DNA of 64,000 nucleotides from Octopus bimaculoides (lineage: Eukaryota). This document shows, piece after piece, positions 53,268-64,000 of the stretch. Location of the stretch: contig NC_068997.1 of the NCBI RefSeq assembly GCF_001194135.2, positions 16,131,634 to 16,195,633 on the forward strand, in the 5' to 3' direction. The notes beneath the pieces were generated by a model that did no database searches, was not told the origin of the DNA, and was given only the letters and a program-made list of their open reading frames with translations. Within the stretch, counting starts at the first letter, position 1. Every line of letters starts with the position of its first letter. The position numbers and the translations under genes are program-made.

Positions 53268-53745
53268 AACAACAACAACTACAACAATAGTAATAACAGG
53301 ATAAAAATGAAATATAAGATATAGCTTAGACTTCAACAGGATAATAACAAAAGTATTCCGAAAAAATGTGGCCTTTTGGTAATTCATTATCTTCTTTCTT
53401 ATTTCTCATCATTATTGTTGTTGTAGTTGTTCTCATTCCTGGTGTTATTGATGCAGATGATGATGATACTGGGGTGGGTTGGTCTGGGTAATGTTTTCCT
53501 TTGTTTGTTTTAGAGGTGGGAAACTGACCTTTTCTGAAAGGTCACATGTTAAGTTAAACTCCTCCTCTGCTAACCTCAAATCCCCCTCACCATCGCTTTT
53601 ATATGGAATGGAATGATAGTGCCCAAGTCCATTCCAATCACATTCCCATTTTCTTTGGATTTGCTTTGCTTTTTTTTTTTTAGACTGATGTTTTTGTTAT
53701 TTGCTACTGTTATTAACGCTAGCCTTTTTGTTGTTGTTGTTGTTG

Positions 53746-53784
<39 letters not shown>

Positions 53785-54442
53785 TGTAGAGGTTGACTTT
53801 TTTTGAGTTGATGTATGTGTAATATATTGTGTGTGATGTTATGTACGTTAGTTGAACTAGTTAGATAAAACTAAGGATGAAAAGAGCAGAGGGGCAACAG
53901 ACATGAAGATAAAGAGACAGGGAAAGAATGTGTTTTTGTGTAAGAGAGAGTAAAAAAAAAAAGGGGAGAGAGAGAGACTAACTAAAGCTGGAGAATAGAA
54001 AATCTATGTTATGTGATATCAGACTAGCACAAAACATCTTTCCACTGAGAGATAGATTGGATAAAAGGATAGAGAAAGACACTAGAACATAGACACATAT
54101 AAAATATGTCTTCTACTATGTAAGCTAGCATTTATTCATACTTGTTTTGTATTTCAAGATCTAATAGACTTATGAGACACTTTGTATGAATGCATGTTTG
54201 TGTATGTATGCATGTTTGAAATGTGTATGTACATGAACATAAGCATAGCTATACACCTGATGCAATTTACAGTGACTTAGGTAGATTATAGTGCATCTGA
54301 GAAGTCAAAAGCCTATCCCTTTGTACACAGATGTGTTCCAGACATACGTGTGCACATTCGCAGATGCATTTAAAGTGATAATTAACACTTTACATTTACA
54401 TATACTTGCATATGTATGGACATTTGAATTCAGTTTTCTTAG

Positions 54443-54477
<35 letters not shown>

Positions 54478-55569
54478 CAACATGCTTTGCTAGCATGCAT
54501 TCACTCACACACATATATGCACACACACACACATTTGACACATACATGACATACAAACAACCATTATTCCCTTCTACACACAGACATATGCGGATTCCCC
54601 TCCGTATATATCTGATCGTTTACAGCCCATCACACCGTATTACACACTCCGACAGAACATTAGTGTATATATTTAATTCTGCACATACACACAAACATAC
54701 ATATGTACCTGCATACATACATACACATGCATAAACATATCTTCTTCCAGCGATGCACCAATATTTACACACCGTCAACGTCTCTCACCCCTTACCTCTC
54801 CACCATTCTCCACATCACTTCTAAGTCCTCTCTCTCTCTTTCTCTCTCTTTCTCTCTCCCCTTACCTCACTGTCTTCCTTTATTCAGCATCCAAACTTTA
54901 ATGCACAATTGATGAAGTCTTCAAGAAATGACACCTCTGACCTTTTGAACTTGCCCTTGATGTTTTCAGCTTGTGGATCTCCATCCATGATGTATCTTGT
55001 TCAACGAGATTAGATTAGCTGAAGGAATTCATTAGATGCATTGGGCAATAGCCATTCTCTTCCTGTACATTGCTCCCTATTGCTCCACCACCACCACCAC
55101 CACCACCACCGACACCACCACCTCCATCATCACATCCACCAACACCATTCTCATGTTCCAATACCACTCCCATTTTTCCATTCCTTTAGTTAAACAATCT
55201 CTAATCTACAAATTTCTTTCATTCAGAAGTTCTTCCTTTTTTTTTTTTTTTTAAATTTTATCTGTCTTCGCTGTTTGATTTATTTATTCTTTTGCTTTAT
55301 ATTCTATTCAGATATGTGTCTGAGTGTTTGTGTAAATACACACACACACACACACACACACGTGTGTGTGTATTTATGTCTGTCTCTGTGTTTGTATGTA
55401 TTAGCCAAATAGTCGAATGGATTAGGAATTGTGTGCTACAATCACATATGTGGCGCGTTCATATGCATGACTTTTGTTGTGTCTCTAACCTAAGACACTT
55501 ATTTCTACATTAAAGGAAAGGTAACTCTATTTGCCTGCGAAAAACAATGCAATTGTCAGAGAGTAACTG

Positions 55570-55657
<88 letters not shown>

Positions 55658-55898
55658 GTAACCTGAAGGAACATCTTTGTGAATTTAAGATTAACAACTA
55701 GCATGTGTAATTTCATACTAAAAGACTTTGTTATGTTTTAAATATTCTACATATCTTCATGTATCCTCCATTATATATATATATATATATATGTATGTGT
55801 ATATATATGTACATATATGTATATGTATGGATGGATGTATACATATATATATGTAAAATACACATAGATTCATATATATATAAAATATACATACATCC

Positions 55899-55930
<32 letters not shown>

Positions 55931-55999
55931 ATGTATGTATATGTATGTATATGTATGAATGTATGTATCTATATATATGCATGTATATATGTATATATA

Positions 56000-56036
<37 letters not shown>

Positions 56037-56644
56037 TTGCCAATTAACAATACACAGGTAGAAAAGACAAAAGCAAAATGTGTGTGTGTGTGTGTGTGTG
56101 CATATACACATAACACAATACCAGTTAAGCAGTCAGTTCAGTTCAAAACAGGTAAAAATAATAAAAATGAAATAGAAGAAAAATTATAAGTTAAATCTTG
56201 CTGTGCATTTTGGGTATTCAGTGGGGCAGTTGCTGGCTGGCCAGTAATCAGTTGGTCAGGCTGCATTCAGCATAATAAGGCCATTTTGCCACTGTTGTGG
56301 TTGTTGCTGGTGCTGTGGTTGCTTTCCCACCTGCTAACTACTAATTGCATTGTAGCCACCTGTAGTTGTGTAGCTGGTTAGTTTGTAGCACATGGTTTGT
56401 TTACGCCTCCTCCTTCTCTCTTACTCGCTATAATCACACACACCTCTGCCGTGTGTGTATATTAATTTCTATTTCAATAACTTTCAATATCTTAATACTA
56501 ACACACAAACACAAATACACATGACACATCCTCAATCCGTCTAATAAGCAAAATCTGAGTTTCATCTTTTTTTTTCTTCTCTTGCTTGACTGTCCCATAA
56601 CTTCTCTCCTTTCTCATTATCTCACTAAATATCAGTTTCTATGA

Positions 56645-56693
<49 letters not shown>

Positions 56694-56943
56694 TCACCAT
56701 TCTCTTCAGTATGTTAGTCTTTCACAGACTACTTTTCAAGCTCCAGTTACATCATGGTTATTGATCTTCTTGCTTGTATGTTGTAAGTAGCAGAAATATG
56801 TCCCATCTGGGGCAGTTATGGAATACATGCTAACAGTCTTCACTCTCCTGCCCCTTCTTCTCTTCTTCCATCACCTCTACCCGTGCCTCCTCTCATTCAT
56901 CATCATCATCATCATGTGTGATTTGGAACTCTCTCCCATAAAG

Positions 56944-56978
<35 letters not shown>

Positions 56979-57019
56979 AATAAATCATTCTCTTTCACTC
57001 TCTCTTTCTATATATATAT

Positions 57020-57064
<45 letters not shown>

Positions 57065-57066
<2 letters not shown>

Positions 57067-57235
57067 TCTTCATGATCATCATCATTTAATATCCACCTTC
57101 CATGCTGGCATGGGTTGGATGGTTTGTCTGGAACCGGCCAGGCAGAAGCCTACACCAGACCTTCTGTGTCTGTTTTGGCAGGGATTTTACAACTGGATGC
57201 CCTTCCTAACACCAACCACCTGACAGAGTGGACTG
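57065..57235 (-). mobile_element. Retroposon family C copy
   Basis: catcatcatttaatatccaccttccatgctggcatgggttggatgg...actggatgcccttcctaacaccaaccac is the reverse complement of 52120-52322 elements. Confidence 0.8.
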
Positions 57236-57278
57236 TATATATATGAGAGAAAAACTAACAATCAGAATGGATTGATGA

Positions 57279-57700
57279 ATGTTAAGGTGGTTTGGCCACA
57301 TGAAGAGATGAATGAGGAGCAGATGGTAAGGAGGGTGATGAAGGTAGAAGTGGTAGGCAGCAGAACCAGAGGCAGACCTCGGTTTGTGTGGATGGATGGA
57401 GTGAGGAAAGCTTTGGTGGTTAGAGGTGTTGGAGTGAGAGAGGCAAGAGAGTTTACAAAGGATAGGAAAGCTTGGAGAGTGTTTGTGGATGGATGATTGA
57501 ATTGATGTTGCTCAAAGGGACATGATGCAGCGGGGGTAAACCAGCATATGCTGTTGGGGCCTGCTACTGATATCGGGGGTCGCATTCTATGCCTTGACCC
57601 AAGCATAGGATGGGGCTTGCCTCTTTAAGCTGGAAAATGAATGGAATACCTGGTGTGTATCTTGTTGTGGCTACCCCCTCCTAAAGAAATGGAGAATAGG
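57279..57700 (+). mobile_element. 5'-truncated RTE-type LINE 3' end (ORF C-terminus plus 3' UTR)
   Basis: LRWFGHMKR/MNEEQMVRRVMKVEVVGSRTRGRPRFVWMDGVRKAL...DRKAWRVFVDG* (one 1-bp deletion; stop ends 57496), with the WFGH...RGRPR...W...DR..W signature of RTE C-termini. Confidence 0.88.
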
Positions 57701-57728
57701 CCTAGGTATATAAAAAAATATATGTGTG

Positions 57729-57768
<40 letters not shown>

Positions 57769-58039
57769 TGTTTGTACTCCTCATATTGACATGCTTTGAG
57801 CTACTAGTACTCTATCCTCACATACATATATATACATACTTGTACAGACAGAGTGATGCACATGTTCAAATGCAAAAACAAAAAAGCATTCTTTTGAACA
57901 GTTTTTGCCTGTTACATGTTGTCATGTATTTGTTGGTGGGTGGCTTGATATTTTCATAATTTTTTTTTAGTGGCTGATAAATGTCATATTAAAAAGAAAA
58001 AGAAAAGAGAGTAAAAAAAAGAAGAAAAAGGAAAACAAG

Positions 58040-58365
58040 ATATCAGTAATGTAGTGGAATCTGTTCAGCTCATTGCTCCTCGTCTCTATCCAATTGGATT
58101 TGTGTATAATCACAGACAAGTCGTTATTAGGGTACCAGGTACAATGCTGTCATGTTGCAATGGCGTAGCCATAAACTGTCATCAAGTGCATGTCAGGGAC
58201 TTCAATTTTGATTCTTTGCTGAAAATTCCACTAGAAATCTCTGCCATGGATGATCTTGGGAGAGACATAAATACAACAATCGTGCATCGTTTTGTTTCTT
58301 GCTGGCAGATTGCTATACTGGATGAATTAGTGGAAATGGTAGACGGAGCACCTGACAGTGTGTAA
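58040..58365 (-). mobile_element. Possible decayed LINE AP-endonuclease fragment
   Basis: Interrupted minus frames give IAICQQETKR, YVSPKII, QRIKIE, MTVYGYA and PNNDLSVII, faintly colinear with APE motifs (ICIQE, LLSP, RII, VYAPT, D/N-hydrophobic). Confidence 0.35.
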
Positions 58366-58394
58366 TTTTGTTCTTGTAACTTCCTCTCTCTAAG

Positions 58395-58520
58395 TTCAAA
58401 TCATGGTAGGGCCAACTCTGCTTCTCATTTGATGAGGATCAATAAAATAAGTAAAAGGTGTGTCTTGACATTAGTTCAATCAGCTATACCCTTCTACAAA
58501 TTTGTGATCCTGGGACAGTA
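58395..58520 (+). mobile_element. Diverged SINE family A fragment
   Basis: aagttcaaatcatggtagggccaactctgcttctcatttgatgaggatcaataaaataagta follows the family core order. Confidence 0.5.
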
Positions 58521-61500
58521 TTAAAAAAATCACTGTCAATGGTTACGAGATATCACTAACATTGTCCTCCTCCTCCTTCTTATCATCATCATCATCATCA
58601 TCACTATCATCATTGTTGTATCTATCAGATATCTGCATTGGACGGTATTAATACTCTGCACAGGTGTTACTCTTCACGGCAGTGTTTTTTTTTTCTTTTC
58701 TTTATTTGAGTATTTTTGTTGTTGCTGTTGTTGTCCGTATTACTTAGTGTTGTCATCCTTGCTATTGCAGTTACGATTGTTTTCTGCCCTTACTCTATAA
58801 TTTTCACTCAGCGGTGCAATGGCTGGTGGTGACGACGGATTGTTTACCCTTGTCATTATAGGCCTTTCCACTTAGTTAAATTAACAAATTAACTGTGTTT
58901 GGTGAACATTAGGTTGCCCATAACTCGATTTAATGACGACAGTGACAAAAACAACAGCAAAAGCAGAAATAACAATAACAAAACAACTTTACAAACGAGT
59001 AAAATGTTTTAACTAAAACAAGAAGAGATATAAAGAGGAAGATACAAGATTGTTACAGATGCACAAGTATACAGTAGATATTTACATTTATACACGCTGA
59101 CAATTAAGCACACCCACACACACATAGTAACACATAGATACAGAAAAGCCAGCCTAATTAAGCTAGATCAACTCTAAAGACATTGATTTGTTATTGTGTC
59201 TTATAATCTCTTTTGAGTTGTCTGTGTTGTAATTTTCTCACTATTGTCCTTCTTAGAAGCTGTTTTGATTCAAGTATTCAGTAATTCCTCAGTTTTCGCA
59301 TTTTTATTGTTAGCTTGCGTGTGTGTGTGTGTGTGTGTGTGTGTGATAATCAAATGTATACGACCATATATATATGTGTATATATTATATCTTGAAAAGT
59401 ATTACAATTACTAATATGCGTTTTCATGTGTGCATATGTCTGTGTGCGCGTGTGTGTTTGTTTGTGTGTGTGTGTGTGCATATTGATTCAAGTTATTGGA
59501 CTGTGGTTGTGCTGAAACAACACCTCCATGGGTTGTTGTCCATCATATCAAACCCAGTTCTTATTTATCAAATGGCTACGCTACCTTTTTGGACTGAACA
59601 ACAGTTTTTGTATATAACATTGAAGTCCATTGGTGTCTCTCTTCTTTACTAGGTATTTCATACCTAAACAGTGAATTTTGATGGGTAGCTGTTTTTCCAC
59701 AACAATATTTATGTCTGATATAAATCTGAGAGGTGATTCAGCTGATATTTTTACCTGCACTGCTTTTCTTCTATTTTCTTTTTCTTTTTCTTTTTTATTC
59801 GTTTTTGTCTTTGCAGTTTTGATATTACCATTATTGTTTATTGGCTAATCTATACCTCTTTCCTCTTGCAAGTTGGCCAGTTAGCAGAACCATTAGAATA
59901 TTGGTTAGTAGTATGCAATACCATATCCACTCTGGCACCCTGCTCATGGAGTTCGAATCTTGCCAGGGTGTGATTAAGTATCAGTCCCATAATGGGTTCA
60001 GTTCTTCTCGTTTTCTCTCTCTTTGAATTCTACTTGTTTTCAAAGGTCCATTTCCCCTGAGAAGTGCATTAGGCATAGATATATGTCTGTGGAATATTCT
60101 TGTCACTTGGACATTATTTCATACCTAATTATTCAGTTTATTTTACAATTTTGAATGTTCATCACTGAAACTAACAGAGAATCCACCATGTCCTCTGGAC
60201 GGCAATGACAATACCTTTGAAATGTTCTGTTATATAGCTATAAGGAATCAAAGAGAGATTCCAGCCTCTGTTAATAGTCACACTGAACTTTAGTTTGCTG
60301 AGCACAAATTCATGCATGTCTATCTGTATGTATAAGTAGGCATTTCTGTTTTATTCAAATGAGTGCTATATTTTGTATACCATTTTAGTAGCTAATGGAT
60401 AAACTAGAGATATGGTTGTAAGCCGTCCCCTTAAAATGCTGTAAGGGAATTAGAGTTAGACGATTAACAATTTAAATAAAATCAGAACTGTTAAATGGTT
60501 TGATCCTGTACATGGTTTTTGTGTTCGTGTGTGTGTGTGTGTATACATATTTGTGTGTGTTCTTGATTTGTATGAATATATTTATATTGTGTGTCACGTA
60601 GACATACGCCTGATTTTTTTGCTTTTTTTTTACATTCTGACCACAGATACTTGCTAACATAAGTGTACACATATATCCATGTTCACACACACACACACAC
60701 ACAAGAACATTTATGCATCTTGACGATATTACTGAGAGTCAAGATTACCAACAAAAGACACATAGACAGTGAATCCAGCTTTTCAGAATTGCATCATGCC
60801 AGTCAATGCATCACATCAATCAAGTTACATTTTAGCAATAAGGAGAAGAGGAAAAAGACAAAAGAATATATATATATATATATATAAAGTGAAAATAGAC
60901 AAGTGCTTCACACATGTTCTCACAAATGAAAAAAAAAAAAATCCAAAAAACCAAGTAACATCAAAAATTATTTTCCACTCACTAGACATACATGCATGGA
61001 CTCCTGTGCATATATTGCTATACAAATACATATACATGAACACACAAATACATATGCTTCATGCTATCTAAACTGCAACAAAAACGCTTGTCATTTTGAT
61101 AAAGACTGGCTATTACTCTTTTGTAATGCAAATAGAAGCATCCAAATTAAAATCATCACTCACATGCACATATACATTCTCATGCTTGCTTTTCTGTGTT
61201 TTTTTTTTTTGTTTCCTTTTTGTACTTTTATTCGCTGTTTGAGATGAATTTTTCAATGTTTAGTATAAAAGGTGATGTATTCTTTACTGGTTTTTCAAAT
61301 TTGGATATTTGCATATTGTCAAAAGAGTTGCTTTTTCTGCAGCTGGATTACATCATCATCATCACCATCATCAGTACCGCCACTGACTAACTACCCAACT
61401 GTGAATTCGGGACGGGACTTGTTTGTCAATCAAGCAAAACAGGCTTACGTAGTCTTTGTTAATTTCTACCTTACATCGCCCCCGTGGTTCTTGCAAGTTT

Positions 61501-63679
61501 TGAACTTGTTACCATCTGGTTAGTAGTCTACTACATTAAAATCCACAGTTATTGTTGCTTTAGCGAAAGGAAAGGAAAACCCACTTGTGCTAAGAATCAA
61601 ATCCTGATTTTCATCAGCACTCACTCACTCGTACACATACACACTCCTACACACATTTGTCATCACAAAACATGAGACTGTGATTTGCAACTAAAGCAAA
61701 GCTAAAACGTAGCTCTGACAAAATGTCGTCCTGTGTCAGTGCCAAGATATTTCTGCCAAAGACCTTGAACATTCAACCAAACATGCTACTCCCTTTTATT
61801 TTCCCCCTTATGTTGCTCTTCTTGTTGTTTAATTAATTTGCTTGATGATTTGTCAAAGTTCATTCAGTCTCACAGATCTCTGTCAGCTTGCATGCATGCA
61901 TGCATCCATGTGTGTATGTGTGTATGAGTCTACATGTGTTTGCATGTAGTGAAAGATGGAATTTCAAAATTATTGATTAACTGTTGGGTTACATTTTTTC
62001 TGTGACCTCTCACCCCACAGTCTCTCAGGTCACCTCCTTTTCATCTCACCATTTATTTATTTTTTTTTATGAGTGGTGGTGGTGTTGATGGTTTTACTAG
62101 TCCCTTTAAACAACACCTGTTATATTTCCTTCTTTTTCCCCCTCTATCTTATATCGCTTTCTCTGTCTGTCAATCTTTTTGTTTGTTTTTACCTTTTTTT
62201 TATGCATTCTCCATTTTACCTCTCTCTTTCTCCCCCTCTCTCTCTCTCTATTTTTTTTTTTAGTTTCACTCACTATTCATTCAATGTATTTTCTTCTACA
62301 TCGTCATTCATACTACCATTATCAGGATTTTCACTCATCAACATGATTTTTATCAGCATCACCACCACAACACTACCATCTTCATCAAAATTCAACTACC
62401 ATTATCCTTATGCTCTCTCATCATTATGTACTCCTTGTGAGCATCATCATCATCATCATCATCATCTTTGTTGCTATCATCACCACCATCACCTTTGAAA
62501 GTTTCTCACCTGTTCATCAGCAGTCCATTAATTAATATTTCTCACCTTTCACTTTCTTCAGCCTCCTTGTTCTTTCTGTGATCCATTTCTGGATCTTTGT
62601 CTTTTTTGTTTATCATGCATGAAAAAGACTAGCAAGGGAAATAAAACAGAGAGGGATCTTAATGTGTGTGTGTGTGTGTGTGTGTGTGTGAGACGAGCAA
62701 TGCACTAGACATTTCTGCATCAGGAAAAGGTCATTTAGTAAATTTCCATGCTTTTCTGCTTTCTTTACTATCCTTTTCTTTTCAATCACCCTCTCCCAGT
62801 CTCCAGCCTCTCTTCTAATCAAATTAATATAGCCCCTCCCCTTTGTTTTTCTATTTATATTTAAGTCTTTGAATTTATACAATGATTAAGCTGAACCCAA
62901 AATAACCCATAAGAGTTGATAATAAGGATGATAATGATTGTGAACATTATCATGTTCGCAATCCTGAAGATTATTAAACATGAATACAAGCCATTAGACT
63001 CGGAATGAAGTTTTCATGCAGAGGGGAGAAGAATATGATGGTATGGCATTGATGCCTCAACCAGCACTCTCAGATTCATATTGTAACAATAATCGTGACA
63101 CTGTTTGCCTAATAATGGTGATTTGATGGTAATGGATAAATAAACGAACAGATAATTAAAATTTAAGAACAAATACACCTTTAAAAATTGATTATATTGT
63201 CTTGAAACAATATACACAAGCTTTTGTGCATCCAAGCACATGCATCAGGACTATACACAAACACATAATTTGTACATTTTATTAATTTGTGTGTGTGTGT
63301 GTGTGTGTGTGTGTATTATCATTGATGATATTATTTAAGTGTTCCACGCTGGCATGAAATTAGTCAAAACAAATTACTCCAGATTTTATTTTGACCCCAG
63401 TGCAACTTTGTATATAATTGAATCAAAACTATACATACCTGTGAACTTACTATCATTAGACATATCTTGATCTGAATTACTGTTTTATGACTCTTGCTTA
63501 GCCAACTCTTATTGTCTCTTTATATATTTATATATATTTATATATGTATCACTACATGTATATCATACCTGTATATACATGTATGTATGTGTATTCATAT
63601 ATTTTGATATCTGCATGTGTCTATGTCTGTGTGTATAAATTTGCATCTTTCTGTGTGTGTATGTGTATAAGCACACACA

Positions 63680-63712
<33 letters not shown>

Positions 63713-63957
63713 TTATATATGTTTGTGGGAACGGATGTTGCTTCGAAGGGGCTGTGGATCAGGAAGTGCAGACCCTGGAAGGGGCAACCCTATCAGGAGT
63801 ACTGCTAACTGGACACAAGGTAGGGCTTTGTCAACCTTGGCTGGGTCAGCTGGGTGGGTGGGGTCTGATGTTGAAAGACTCGGGACACCTAATCACCCCT
63901 GGAAACACCATTGATGATGTATGGAAAAACATATATATATCATATATCATTGGTGTG

Positions 63958-64000
<43 letters not shown>

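Noticed and set aside
53525-53544. Everted nuclear-receptor-like half sites TGACCT-n8-AGGTCA
   Set aside because: A single short palindrome in a CpG-depleted region with no other regulatory hallmark; expected by chance at this window size.
58054-58365. 103-aa plus-strand ORF (MESVQLIAPRLY...)
   Set aside because: No recognisable domain; the opposite strand faintly resembles a decayed LINE endonuclease, so the ORF is likely an antisense shadow.
1-64000. Hundreds of ORFs rich in YI/CV/HT/LS/RE dipeptides or X runs
   Set aside because: They are translations of (TA)n, (TG)n, (CA)n, (CT)n and (GA)n microsatellites or N-gaps, not genes.

Overview
This is eukaryotic, AT-rich, microsatellite-saturated draft-assembly DNA with 15 N-gaps, most of them flanked by simple repeats. 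The SINE and RTE-LINE families and the repeat landscape look like a cephalopod (Octopus-like) genome; that is an inference from recognised repeats, not a database match. I found no prokaryotic genes, rRNA, true tRNA genes or CRISPR arrays, and nearly all ORFs in the supplied track are translations of microsatellites or N-gaps. Well-supported features are many tRNA-derived SINE copies, two decayed RTE-clade LINE fragments, a 123-bp TA-flanked Tc1/mariner-type MITE and several mini/microsatellites. The main large-scale signal is a CpG-rich domain (about 1-23 kb, plus an island at 29.0-29.7 kb) next to a strongly CpG-depleted domain (about 24-64 kb), as expected from mosaic gene-body methylation. 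Several short exon and microexon candidates occur on both strands, but I cannot assign any to a known gene. I did not find a convincing novel multi-gene system; the best leads are listed as findings.
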